From NCBI GenBank assembly GCA_002269645.1, contig NIVC01001081.1, positions 124,001 through 188,000 on the forward strand: DNA of 64,000 nucleotides, written 5' to 3'. Under the pieces are notes generated by a model that was not told the origin of the DNA, made no database searches, and was given only the letters and a program-made list of their open reading frames with translations. The translations under genes were made by a program, and so were the position numbers. This DNA is from Macrostomum lignano. Lineage: Eukaryota. Positions 41,945 through 54,903 of the stretch are shown here, in pieces. The number at the start of each line of letters is the position of its first letter. Positions within the stretch are counted from its first letter, which is position 1.

Positions 41945-44250
41945 ATGTCTGCTGGAATTGTGCTCTCTACGCGTGCCCTCGCAGCCAGTCTGGTAGATGA
42001 GCGCAGTCTGCCGGGCCACCTGCGCTGCAGCAGCTGCTCCAGGCCGGTGACCAACTCCTTCCAGACACCGCACGGCTGCCGCCTGTGCCAGTCCTGTGTG
42101 GACAGCCTGCCAGCAACCGACAAGGTGCGGTGTCCGGGCAAGAGCGACGCATGCAAGGACCCTGATGAGGAGATCGACATCTGCCAGTCGTCCTGCTTTC
42201 CCGACATCGCATCTCGACGAGAGCTCACTAAGCTGAAGGTGTTCTGTCCGAATAAGTCTGAAGGTTGTCGGGCTGAGTTTCCATGGCGACAGGCCGACGC
42301 TCACCTGGCAGATTGCGAATTTGAGAAGGTGAAGTGCGAAATGTGCGGTGAGGCAACGCTTAAGAGAGAGTTGGATGAGCACAAGAGTAGCGCGTGCAGA
42401 CGGAGGCTGGTCAACTGCGATGACTGTAAAATCAAGGTAAAGCCCTAGACTAAGCTCAATTTTTGTGAATTTTAACTAAGGCGACTATTGAGGTTGGGTG
42501 ATAAATGTCTAAAGCTATGGTTGCACGGACTTAGACGCGATTGGTTGAACAAGCCGGATCTATTTTTAGCCTATCGTACATTAAACTGGATAAGAGAGTG
42601 GAAATGCCTGTCCTCTGCTCCTATTCATTATTTCCTTCCCTCCTTATGTAACCGAAAAGCTTGATGTGATGCATAGTTAGCTGCAAGGCATATTTAGCTT
42701 GAGATGCCTGTTCCATCAAAATCCAATGAAGATCCAATCCAGCGAAAGGCATTCGTACGAAAGTATGTCGCACCAAAGCGGGAGATCGAGACTTGGGTGG
42801 AATTTGTCGACTCGGTCAGGCCAATTTAATATTTTACTTCAGAATTTTACTGTTTTGAACGCGAACTTTCTTTTACGTCGTTAAATGGAACCACTTCTAA
42901 CTTTTCAATTCTCGCTCTTAACAAACAAATTTTGAAAGAAAAACGTTTTTGACGCAAAATATCCTTCCTTTACTACTGAGTAGAAAAAAGTTGATGGTTA
43001 TCAAGTAAAATTATTGCTTAGTTTATCTATTAAACAGAAAACTTGAACAACCTCCCCAGGTAGTTGCTGGCGCGATGGACTCCGAGCACAAGAACCTGCA
43101 ATCGATGTCCTGCTGTCGGGAGTTCAGAGATCCGTGTCCGCACTGCCGGGAGGGAAATTTCAACCGGCAGGCATTTCTCAGCCACCTGTCCCAGTGCCCT
43201 CAGAAGCCGACGCCGTGCAGATTTGCTCATCTTGGCTGCGACTTTGTCGCTCCGGCCGCAGAGATGGCGGCTCACTGCAGCGAAGCAGCCGACAGGCACC
43301 TTCAGCTTATCGATGCCAAACTGCGGGTCTCCAGCGCATCCGCTCAGCACAGCACTGCTAGTGGCTTTCCAGGTGCGGCTGCAGGTGGTGCAGGTGCCGC
43401 AGTTGATGGAGCGTCCGCGGTCACCGGGTCAGGAGAGGCGGTGTCCAAGGAGATGAAGGATTTGGAGCGCAGAGCCATGAATATTTTCAGCAAGTTCAAA
43501 GGGCTGCAGCCAAACATAGCGACTTGGGCACTGTCTACAATGAGTCTGGAAGACTTCATCAAATCTTTCGGAGGTCTTCAAGGATTCAAAACAATGCTGA
43601 AAAATATGGACGACAAGTTGAGACAGATGGAGGCTGCTGAGCGATCTGGAGCAGGAACCACTGGCGCCTCAGCGGCATCTGCAGCTGCAGCTTCGGCCTC
43701 ATCTGCTGAAGTCTCCCGGCTGATAGAGCAGATGCGGGCAATCGAGCTTCGCTTTGAAACCCTGGAACAAACCTCATTTGATGGCTGTTTAACGTGGAAG
43801 GTGCTTGGCTTCGCGGCCAGACGCAGGGAGGCAAAGAGCGGCTCCCCAGTCTCTTTGTTCTCGCCGCCGTTCATGTCTAAACGCTACGGCTACATGTTCC
43901 GCGTTCGCCTTTTTCTGAACGGACAGGAGGGTGCCGAGGGCAGTCACGTGACCATTCAGTTGGTGCTGATCCAGAGCGAGTACGAGGATGTGCAGGACTG
44001 GCCGCTTGTTGCCGACGTCACCTTTCGTCTGCTGCATCCTCGAACTCGATCGGACGATGTTGTTGCTAAGGCGACTCTGTCGGCACAGAAACCGCCAGCA
44101 GCAAGCGATCTGTCAATAAATGCGTCAGTTACAAGATTTGTTAGAATTGACATCCTTGAAGAGAAATTTGTGCGAAACGATTCGATCTACATTGAGACCG
44201 AAGTTGAGCCGAGGCCGAGTGAAGCAAATCGGCGCGGACGTCGAAGATAA
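41945..44250 (+). CDS. TRAF-family protein A (RING, zinc fingers, coiled coil, MATH), 560 aa; exons 41945-42436, 43060-44250
   Basis: RING CSSC..QTPHGCRLCQSC..CPGKSDAC; FPDIASRRELTKLKVFCPNKSEGC; several TRAF zinc fingers; MATH SFDGCLTWKV, FSPPFMSKRYGYMFRVRLFLNG, DWPL, FVRNDSIYIETEV. Phase-0 GT-AG intron. Confidence 0.92.
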
Positions 44251-45355
44251 AATTTAATTTTAGAATTTGTCTGGACTTTGTCTGCTACTTACAGTACTTT
44301 CTGTTGCTTGCTTACTCTTGATTAGCGACAGAAATACACTGATGATTATGTCTCCAGGCATCAAAGAGTACCGAGTTAGCATAGAGAGCCAATATTACTA
44401 TCAAATCTGAAGCCCAAATCCTAAATCCTCTGGCTCCTACTTTTCGGCCATAGACAATTCTGCAACTAAAATTACTAACTACCCTTGGTACCTTATTGTG
44501 TTAGTTGGCTGATACTACTGGCCATGGTTTCACAACAAAAGTAGTGTGTACAAATCTTAATTCAGCTTCATTGAGAACTGGTCGGCATTCTGTGTAAATT
44601 CGCTGGTTTCGAGTGTATTATGTTCAAATATATATGGTACTACGAGTATAATACCAATCTTAATGTAAGAGGACTGTCCCAAAAGTAGTGTTAATTTTCA
44701 TTGTATCTCTCGTTCTGATGATCCAAATCATTTCGCACAACTTTATATCGGCAACCTCTTTTTCATATAAACTTTTAACATTATTAAAAACAGACAATGG
44801 AAACAACGGTATAAACAAAAATCTTACAGGAACTCGACCATGGAGACTTCTTTGTTAGGCTGCTGTGACAAAGAGATCTATTTGGTATTTGGAGAAACAA
44901 AATTACTTTCAAAGCAGCAGAATATTTCCCACTGGGCTTCAGCTTCCTTGCTTTTTGTTCCATCCTTTTGCTACGCCAAAAGTCATGGATCTACATTAAA
45001 GTGTTACTCAGAGAAGTGTGATTCACATCCTTTGGAGAACGGATCCCAGTGCAGCCGAGATTCATGCGCAACTTTCATGCGGCTCATTGGTCAACACATT
45101 TACTGCAGCCAACAGTAACAGCTACCACTTTGAAATTTTGCTAACTTGTTGACTTACTGTAAGCTGTGGTTGGGCTCCTGCTAAATCTTTGTTTATAACT
45201 TTGGTTTCCATTGTCTGTTTTTAAAGATTTTAAAGTTAATATAAAGAAGAGAGTTGCCGTTATAATAAATTTGTGCAAAATGAGGACTGATGACAGTGAC
45301 GTAGCGCCTGGGGGTGGGGGTTGGGCGCGGCGGGTACCAAAACCATGAGGCAATT

Positions 45356-45501
45356 GAATGCCTGCGGCGCTAAAATGAGTGCCTGCGGCGCCAAAATGAG
45401 TGGCTCCGGCGCCAAAATGAGTGCCTCCGGCGCCAAAATGAATGCCTGCAGCGCCAAAATGAGTGCCTCCGGCGCCAAAATGAGTGCCTCCGGCGCCAAA
45501 A
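45356..45501 (+). repeat. 21-bp minisatellite (ggcgccaaaatgagtgcctcc), ~7 copies
   Basis: Seen directly. Confidence 0.9.
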
Positions 45502-47849
45502 GTGGCAATGGCATAAGGCATGGCCAGCCAGACCAACCCGCCCCCCCCCCCAATCGAAATTCCTATCTACGCCACTGACTGATAATCTGGATCATCAGAA
45601 CCAGAGATGCAATGAAAATTAACGCTACTTTTGGGACAGCACAGCTCTCGTATATGCTGCACAAATCGGCGTTTCATAGCTGTATTGGGTCTCTATTTTA
45701 GCTCGGTACTCATTGATTGGTATATGAGAAGCTGCATGCACTTTCTGAATGTTCATTCTGTCAATAATCGCATCGATTGTTTTCAAGCTTCTTAGCCGTT
45801 CAAGAAATTGTTTTATGGTTTTTCAATCGTGTAAAAGGCGGAGGCGCGTTGTGGATAATAAATGTCTTAAATTAAATTGATGCTGTAATTTTAAATCATG
45901 ATAGAACATATATGGTTAGAACCAAAGAGTACCGAGCATAAGATGGAATGCCAACTTCCCAGCTGCAGTTGAAGTAAAAAAATGCAGCACGCTCGATATT
46001 CTTTGATTCGGGCCTACCTAGTTTGTTAGCTGTGGTGAAGGAACAGTTTTGGCTGCAGGCAAATCCCTTATGGGTCAACCTTTGTAGGATCTCCTGCCCA
46101 TATTGACGACAATTTATTCTTGTCTAAGTACTGTCTTCATCAGCCAATGCCCGTAAGTCGCGTAGAGAAGGGGAACTCAGACTAGATGTTTCGGACTCAG
46201 ACGAGGGATCTATGTTATGTGTATTTTTCATAGAGCTGTCATACTGTTCTGTCGTGCACGACTCAGCACGAGCCACGAAGTCGTTTAACTCGCGTTGCGC
46301 ACCCGTACCGCACATCTCTGACACACGGACTCTGCTTGAGGTCTAACATGCGGTCTTGAAAACTCTTTACTTGCTACCCGCATGGTCCATCTGATTATAT
46401 TGAAACTTGTTTAATAGCTTAGTCAGTCGAAATTGCAGACCGGATGCTACAAAACATTATAACATTCATTATTTATTCACATACCTTTTTCAATAAACTA
46501 CTGCACCAAAACCCACCCATTAAAGTAGTAAGCTAACGGTCTTGGTCTATTAGTACACCTGTGCTATTCATGAATTCAAAAGTTGCACCCATCCGTACTT
46601 GTCATTTTTTGCAAGTCGGGCAATGGCTATTAAGTTTGCCTTAGTTGTCTTGCACTCCCATCACTAACCATATATGCATATAAACTATATACTCTTGAAA
46701 ATTATGCTGTCATGGTAATTAAAGAATAGCAAAACTTTTAAACAAATAAATACTCTGCTTTTTTCTATGCACGATTCACTATGACACAGCTTGAATACAG
46801 TTACAAGGCTATGTTCGAACTGTTTTTTGTGCATGCAGTGCATAACACTTGGAATATTTTTTATGTGTATTTATTGTTTATAGTAAATTTTGTAATTAGG
46901 GTACAAAATCTGGGGAGAGAAGACAACAACAACGACAACACGATTGCTTTGTTTCGATAATTACTGAAGTATTAACAGATCTTATCCGCGATCCGCGTTT
47001 CACCAGAACAAACTATTGTTTCGCTTGAGGTTCCGGATGAAAAGCCCGTTCCCAGCAACAACAAATCTCACTTTGTTACGGCTGTAGGACGGCGTGAACA
47101 AATTTTTAAAGCTTTTGAATTGATTGACTTTTAATCCAACATATATAAGCACAACTGACATTCAGCAAAAAAAGTCTAGATCCACAGATATTTCACCAAA
47201 CTTCAATTTTTCTGTCAGGTTTGTCATAGCCTACTGGGTAGCAAGCAAACTTGCTTTTTTACTATCAGTCCCCTGATACTATTATTTTACTAGCACAAAT
47301 CTATAAAATTGTCGTTAAACCAATCGATGCAAGAAAAGTCTTTTCGATTCGCTGACGGGTAGAGAGTTGAGACAGACTAAGTTAACAAGGTGAGAGAGCT
47401 ACTTGTTCGCTTCAATCTGGGAGGGACGATGCAGTGTTTTTACCACTCAGATCTGCATGATTACTACGCCCAAAGAATGTTGAATTTAAGCTTAAGCTCA
47501 AGCCTTTATAGATGCACTGTATCTTGATGTACTTGTCGTCTGTAGTGTCGGCTACGCCCAGTATTTGCAGGTTAAAACAGTCCAGGCCCCTGCAGAGCGT
47601 TAGGCGCTGATACCAATCTAATTTACTTATTCAAGGTTACCAGTTAGTTACAAGGTAGTTCCTTTTAGCGTCTATATTGGCGTCTGAAGTACATTCCTGC
47701 TGACCCATAAAATGCTGCTTGCTTTGCTACTGCATACTATACACCGTCCATGGTATGTAGCAGTGTACAGTGGTATGCCACATGCCAATGGTTAGGGTTA
47801 GGGTGTGTGTGCCCATGCGCATATAGTTTACATAGAGTTCCTTTATACC

Positions 47850-48533
47850 TTGTACGGTATGAGCTGGAAATAGAAAGAAAAAGTACGCGCTTGTAGTAAA
47901 ATTCTAGAGTTCCCACTAAATTTAGACACAGTTGGCCTGACAAGGTAGTACCTGCTATACTAGCTTGTTTTTTACCTACTATACATGTAGTACGATGGCT
48001 TTCGTGTTCAGGTATAAAAAGCCGGTCCAGCAGTACGAGCTATTTTTATAATTTTAATCGGCATACATTCCTAGAGACAACAGAATTATGTCTGCTAGCA
48101 TTGTGCTCTCTACGCGTGCCCTCGCAGCCAGCCTGGTAGATGAGCGCAGTCTGCCGGGCCACCTGCGCTGCAGCAGCTGCTCCAGGCCGGTGACCAACTT
48201 CCAGACACCGCATGGCTGCCGCCTGTGCCAGTCCTGTGTGGACAGCCTGCCAGCAACCGACAAGGTGCCGTGTCCGGGCAAGAGCGACGCGTGCAAGGAC
48301 CCTGATGAGGAGATCGACATCTGCCAGTCGTCCTGCTTTCCCGACATCGCATCTCGACGAGAGCTCACTAAGCTGAAGGTGTTCTGTCCGAATAAGTCTG
48401 AAGGTTGTCGGGCTGAGTTTCCATGGCGACAGGCCGACGCTCACCTGGCAGATTGCGAATTTGAGAAGGTGAAGTGCGATCTGTGCGGTGAGGCAACGCT
48501 TAAGAGAGAGTTGGATGAGCACATGAGTAGCGC
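47850..48533 (+). repeat. Segmental duplicate of 54667-~55351 (TRAF promoter + exon 1)
   Basis: Near-identical from ttgtacggtatgagctgg through gagtagcgc. Confidence 0.9.
48088..48533 (+). pseudogene. Truncated TRAF copy B (RING + first zinc fingers only)
   Basis: Nearly identical to exon 1 of A/C with a 3-nt deletion (VTNFQ vs VTNSFQ); breaks into CT-rich sequence at 48534 before the donor; no exon 2 follows. Confidence 0.85.
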
Positions 48534-49978
48534 CTCTCCTCTTCTCTTCTCCTCTTCACCTCTTTTGTCTCCTCACTTTCCTTTCTCCTTTCTTCTCTTC
48601 TCTTCCCTCTTCTATATACTCTCTCCCTCTCTTGTCTCGTCTCTTCTCTCTCCCCTCTCCTCCTTTATCTCTCATCTCTCATCTCATCTCTCCTTACACC
48701 TCTCTCATCTGTACAACCTTATCTCTTCTCTCTTCCAAGTTCCATTTACTCGTTTCCTCGTCTCTCCTCTTTACTAACTCCTCTCTGCTCTTCTCTCTTC
48801 TCTCCTCTCATCTGCAGCTCTCTGCTCTCTCTTCTCTACTCGCTCCTCTACTCTCTCCTCTCCACTTGCTACTCTACTCTCTACTCTCTCCTCTCTACTT
48901 GCTCCTCTACTCTCTCCTCTCTACTCGCTCTTCTACTCTCTCCTCTCCTCTCTCCTATGATTGTGCCAAAATAGTTAAAGATTATCTGTGTCAAATTTGA
49001 AGAGAATCGGTAGAAGTGGAGCGGCGCTATGGAGAATTTAGTGAAAAAATCGCGCATTTTGAGCAGTTTTTTGTACTTTTAGGTAGGAAGACTTGAGCCT
49101 AGGAAATTTAATGGTAGCCTAAGACATTCTCCGTAGTGAGTTTAGGGTGGGTGTAAAGTTTGGTGTAATTTGGTTGAGCGGTTTGGGAGTCCATAGCGAT
49201 CAAAATTGTACACACACAGACAGACACACAGACAGACAGACAGAGTTTTGATTTTAAATGTAAAGACAAGCTGTTGAAACCCGCGGATTTTGAACCCGGG
49301 GAATTCCAATACCCGGAACTACTTTTACATGTATTCTGAAATCTAAGGCCATACACAAACAAAAACTTGTTAATAGTTAGTAGGATAGAGGTAGACAAAA
49401 AATGGAGCACATTCGTGTAAAATTAGGGTTTGAGACATTGTTGGCTGGCATGGGGTACTGCGCAGAATGTCAGGCAATGTCTGCCTGACTCTAAAACATA
49501 TATTGCTAAACTCTGGTCTCTCCCTGACTCTCCCAAGGGACGTCCCTTGGATCCTTTAAAATTTCTATCGTCTCTTTGTTTCCTCTCATCTCTCTCGTCC
49601 CTCGTCTCTCCTCTCTCCTCTCTCCTCCCCCCTCTTCTCTCGTATCTTTCCTCATCTCTCTTCTCTTTCATCTCTCTTATCTCATCTCTTGTCTCTTCTT
49701 TTCTCTCTCCTCTCCTCTCTACTTTTTTGCTTTCTCTCTCCTCTCCTCTCTCCTCTCTCCCCCTCTCCTCTCTCCTCTCACCCCCTCTTCTCTCTTCTCT
49801 TCCTTCTCCTTTCTATTCTTTTCTCTCTTCTCTTAACTCTCTCCTCTACTCTCTCATCTCTCCCCTCTTCTCTCGTCTCTTCCCTCACCTCTTTTCTCTC
49901 GTCTTTGCTCTCTCATCTTTCCTTTCTCTTCTTTTATCTTTTCTCTCTTATCTCTTCTCATTTCTCTCTGCTCCCCCT

Positions 49979-50030
<52 letters not shown>

Positions 50031-50760
50031 GTCTTTCTCTCTTTTTTCTCCTCCTCTCTCTACTCTCTCCCCTCTCCATTCTCCTCTTTCCTCTCCTCTC
50101 TCCTGACTCACTTCTCTACCTTTGTCTCTCCTCTCTCCTCTCGTCTCTGTAACCTCTCCTCTGTTCTCTCTACTCTCCCATCTTTTATCTGTTCACTCTC
50201 GTCTCTGCTCTCTCATCCCCCCTCTTTAATCTGGCATCTCTGTTTTATATGTTCTCTCATCTCTCTCCTCTGTACTCTTTTCTTTCCCCTCTTTTGACTC
50301 CTCACTTTCCTTTCTCCTTTCTTCTTTTCTCTTCTCTTCCCTTTTCTATACTCTGTCTCCCTCTCTTCTCTCTCTCTCCACTCTCCTCTCTCCGTTATCT
50401 CTCATCTCTCATTTCTCATCTCTCCTTCCACCTCTCTCATCTCTACAACCTTAGAGATGTAGAGATGTATCTATATCTCTTTATCTCTTCCCTTTACTCT
50501 CTCATCTCTTCTTTCACCTGTTTCCTCTCTGCTCTCCTCTCTGCTGTCTCCTCTCTCCTCTCATCTGCAGCTCTCTGCTCTCTCATCTCTACTCTCTCCT
50601 CTCGCTTTTCTTCTCTCTCCTCTTCTCCCCCTCTCTATCATCGTCCTCACCCCCTCATCTCTCCTATTATCTTTTATCTTTTCTTTTATCCCCTCTGTCG
50701 CCTCTCCTCTCTTCGAATCGGCTATTCCTTCTTCTTTCCACTTTCATCTGCCCCTCAGCT
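48534..50760 (+). repeat. Polypyrimidine (CT-rich) low-complexity tracts 48534-48958 and 49562-50760 with an internal ~160-bp duplication; related AG-rich copy at 61265-61445
   Basis: 48570-48730 resembles 50295-50450 (ctcactttcctttctcctttcttc..tacaacctta); flank cctttaaaatttc near 49555 resembles the reverse complement of gaagtttcaaagg near 61475. Confidence 0.85.
48962..49320 (+). mobile_element. Non-autonomous Helitron-like (Lep1/HINE-type) fragment
   Basis: caaatttgaagagaatcgg, gtagcctaagacattc, ttggttgagcggtttgggagtccatagcg, short (gaca)n, then gagttttgattttaaatgtaaagac. This motif order resembles invertebrate Helitron-derived repeats as I recall them. Confidence 0.5.
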
Positions 50761-50786
50761 ATGAGCTGGATTCTTTGGGAGTACGA

Positions 50787-51530
50787 GATCTGCTAGCAGG
50801 AAATCTGCTAGCCGAAGTTTGCTAGCGAGAAATTTGCTTGCCGAAATCTGCTAGCCGAAGTTTGCTAGCCGAAATGTGCTAGCCGAAATGTGCTAGCCGA
50901 AGTTTGCTAGCCGAAATGTGCTAGCCGAAATGTGCTAGCCGAAATGTGCTAGCCGAAATCTGCTAGCCGAAATCTGCTAGCCGAAATCTGCTAGCCGAAA
51001 TGTGCTAGCCGAAATGTGCTAGCCGAAATGTGCTAGCCGAAATCTGCAAGCCGAAGTTTGCTAGCCGAAATGTGCTAGCCGAAATCTGCAAGCCGAAGTT
51101 TGCTAGCCGAAATGTGCTAGCCGAAATCTGCAAGCCGAAGTTTGCTAGCCGAAATGTGCTAGCCGAAATCTGCTAGCCGAAGTTTGCTAGCCGAAATGTG
51201 CTAGCCGAAATCTGCAAGCCGAAGTTTGCTAGCCGAAATGTGCTAGCCGAAATCTGCTAGCCGAAGTTTGCTAGCCGAAATGTGCTAGCCGAAATCTGCA
51301 AGCCGAAGTTTGCTAGCCGAAATGTGCTAGCCGAAATCTGCTAGCCGAAGTTTGCTAGCCGAAATGTGCTAGCCGAAATCTGCAAGCCGAAGTTTGCTAG
51401 CCGAAATGTGCTAGCCGAAATCTGCAAGCCGAAGTTTGCTAGCCGAAATGTGCTAGCCGAAGTTTTCTAGCAGGAATTTTGCTAGCGAGGATTTTGCTAG
51501 CCGAAATCTGCTAGCAGGAATTTTGCTAGC
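50787..51530 (+). repeat. 14-bp minisatellite (gctagccgaaatgt) with 42-bp three-unit higher-order repeat
   Basis: Recurrent gctagccgaaatgt-gctagccgaaatct-gcaagccgaagttt triplets. Confidence 0.95.
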
Positions 51531-52166
51531 TGCCTTGCTCTCGTATAGCTGTTGCATGTTATTTGCTGTGTTTTGATTCCGATTTGAGCTGCTTTGATTT
51601 GTACGAATAAATATATAACTTATATACCATATACTGCCACTACCAGCCATTAAGACTGAAAGTTGTGTGTATAGATAAGTTTAAATTTAACTACCTGAAC
51701 TACGGCCTTACAGCTGATAATGCTAAAACATTATCAAATGTCTACGAGTAAAAAAGGTCAAAAATTATAAATGATTTTGACGATTTCCAAGTGCAGTTTT
51801 AGCATATACAGTACTTTAGCATACGAGCGTACAGTAACACACATGTTGGTGTACAGTATCTATAGCTAGATACATGTATGTCCAAGGTACAATTTACTAT
51901 AGCTATATGTATTGTTAATGTATAGATATTTTCCATCGCTTACGGCACTGTGTACAAGCAAAAACTCTATGCTGGTGTGGCCCACAAGCTCTTACCTTGT
52001 GATCATGGATGTAATACATTTAGTTTATTCAATAGTGTTAGCTCGGAGTCGATTATTGAATCACTTTCACTTGACAATCAAGCTGCATGCTCTCGCGGCT
52101 TACTTTGCCTTCTTTCGTTCTTTTTTATTTATTCTTTAGCGCTGCCTTTGCTCATTACAACTCTAT

Positions 52167-53830
52167 CCCTATGAAAAATTGGCCCGAATTTTCGCCCGAA
52201 AACATATGAAATTGGGCCCGGAACTTTAAATTTGCGGGTGAAAACTAAAAAGCGGTCGATTCACCCGGAAAGCACGCCGACAAAACGGTTGAAACTAAAT
52301 CGGGCGAAAAAGCGGGGCTTTCGCCCGGAAAGTGGGGAAAGCAGAAACCCAGACGTGCGGGTCTCTAGCCCGTTTTTTTTAAAAGCGTGTCCTGAGGGAC
52401 TTTGACGTGACGATGCAGATTAAAAATGGGTTTAAATCAATATAGCTAAACGAGTAGGAAGCTAGGTGCCCAGGTTCCAAGATTCAATCGTACATGTATG
52501 TTTATTATTTTAAAAAGTACTATTATAGGAGTTTATATATCGATCACAAATGGTGGGAAATAATGTGTCGAAATCATTTACAATCGCTTACTATAAATAC
52601 CTGTTTCTGAATAAGCTATTCACAGGCTAAAATCTATTTTTATTAAGTATTTGCTGTGCTTTTCACTCTTTCATTGCGCTGACCAATGTGAAAAAAGCTA
52701 GGAAACTATTTTGTTTGTTTTTTGTTACTCGAAAATTATTTAAATTTCAGACGCCACGTTTTCAGAACTTCGATATTTTATGTGCTAGTGCTAGCTAGTG
52801 AAGCGTGTTTTGTTTCTTTTGTATTAATTTATCATAATCTAACAGACAAAGCTTATTAAACTTCAAAAATAGTCAATGTGAAGTATTTCACTAAATGAGT
52901 CAATAGCAAGGACTGACCCCCTGCCCCTGCCCTGGTTCAGGAATTGGCAGTCACATAGTAAATTATAATTTAATTAAGTCCAGTAATTAGCCTATTTATT
53001 TATTTCTTAAAGTTAGTAAAAATTGAAAATAATTTAGAAAACTTATCCTGATTAATATTTCACCTATAATAAAGATAGTATTGTATATGAGCACAGAGAG
53101 CTTGGTGAATGGTAAAAAAGTTTTAGAACATAAGTAACAAATCAATTTAAGAAATCATTTATAAAGTCCAAATATAGCTCGTAAAACTCTGAGTAGCATC
53201 AATATAATTTTTGCTTTTTCAAGTTTGTATAGTCTATATAGTACTTTTTAGAAAGCTATGTATTCACATTATTTTTTTATCTGTATGCTTTTGTATTTTA
53301 TTTAATATAATTTTGATAACTTATTATATTCTAAGGGAACCTAAAGCCTAGAACTGAGCATTTTTCAAGGAAGCTAATAACTTGAAAAAGTTTTGCAATT
53401 TAACATATTCCCAGAGATAAAGGCCCTTTATATCTTATAAATAAGCCTTCTTTTTGCTCTTATATGAATGTTTTAGATCTAATAATCTGAATATGTTTTG
53501 TAGAATAAACGTTTACCATCAGATTTAACATTCCAAGCACTGTACTTATACCATTATAATTAAAGAAAAATTATTCCCTATGAAAAATTGGCCCGAATTT
53601 TCACCCTACTCTTCACCCGAAATCGTCAGCACTTTGCGGATGTAAAAATTGCCGGGCTACTGGCCCGGAATCGTTACGAAAAGTTCGTTTTTCGGGCGAT
53701 GCACCCGTGCATGCACCCGCATTTATACCCGAATATTTACGAGCGATTCACCCAGAATTATTTTGCGCCGAAAAATCCGGGCCAGTTAACCGATATTTTG
53801 CTTGCAAATCCGGCCCGAAGAGCTGGTCAT
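52167..53830 (+). repeat. Two copies of a 27-nt sequence CCCTATGAAAAATTGGCCCGAATTTTC (~52167 and ~53577), each heading a CCCG-rich segment; probable DNA-transposon ends
   Basis: Exact direct match; both followed by sequence rich in gcccga/cccgg; no inverted partner found. Confidence 0.4.
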
Positions 53831-54548
53831 ATTTCCTGCTTTTGGTCTTAGTGATAGTGCACGATATTATAGTACGTTTTTAGAGGGCATAAACTTTACG
53901 GTGACTGCCACTTTTCATACTGCAATAAAGCTTGTATCTAGTTGAATAGGAAGATTTTGCATGTGCGAGCTAAATGACCCCCTCCAAGAGAGCTACATGT
54001 ATCGAGAAGAAAAATAAGGCAATTCTGGAGGGATTCAATAAGAAATTTAGATAGAAATGTATAAATACTTGGCCACATAATAAGAAAAAGTGTGCGTGAT
54101 AGTTTATTTAAATATTTAATGTATGCATTCAATACGTTCAGTAAGCAAAAGCATTATAGCATAAAAGTAATAAAAGCAAAGGAGGGTTAAGAAAAGAATC
54201 GAAACAGAAACAAAGTTGTAAAGAAGATAACATGAAGGGGCTAGACGTAGAGAAATTCTGAAGAAAACCATAAAAAGGAGAAATAACTAACTGTATTTAT
54301 AGGGCATTTGCAGCTAAGAAATAACCAAATATACTAGTACGTTTGCGACTGAAAAGAGGTAGATCTAAGGCACAGAGTGCAAGGAGAGGGGGTGCACACA
54401 GAATGCATATGTGAAATAGCTAAGATAGGGAAAGTATTAGCGCGACCACGGAGAAAGGAGAGAAACGATGTGAGGGGGAAATAGCAACATTCGGAAGGAT
54501 AGGAAGAACCGAGATCAGTACAAGGACTGATAAAGTAAACGATACTTA

Positions 54549-54666
54549 AGTAGTCCTTGGATCAGTAATGGGGTCTGGTGCAAATTAAGGTGACTTTGAT
54601 CGAGTCCATAGCGATCAAAAATGTCCACACACAGACACACAGAGTTTTGATTTTTATATGTAGAGT
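54549..54666 (+). mobile_element. 3' part of the same Helitron-like repeat, abutting the TRAF-C promoter
   Basis: gagtccatagcgatcaaaa..cacacagacacacagagttttgattttt..atgtaga matches 49228-49265. Confidence 0.5.
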
Positions 54667-54903
54667 TTGTACGGTATGAGCTGGAAATAGAAAGAAAAAG
54701 TACGCGCTTGTAGTAAAATTCTAGAGTTCCCACTAAATTTAGACACAGTTGGCCTGACAAGGTAGTACCTGCTATACTAGCTTGTTTTTTACCTACTATA
54801 CATGTAGTACGACGGCTTTCGTGTCAGGTATAAAAAGCCGGTCCAGCAGTACGAGCTATTTTTATAATTTTAATCGGCATACATTCCTAGAGACAACAGA
54901 ATT

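Noticed and set aside
46124-46324. 66-aa minus-strand ORF and nearby 44840-45118 ORF
   Set aside because: No homology cues or exon structure.
47789-47802. TTAGGG x2 telomere-like motif
   Set aside because: Only two units; expected by chance.
48534-50764. Leu/Ser-rich and Arg/Glu-rich ORFs, including the 229-aa extension of TRAF-B
   Set aside because: Low-complexity CT/AG tracts, not protein-like.
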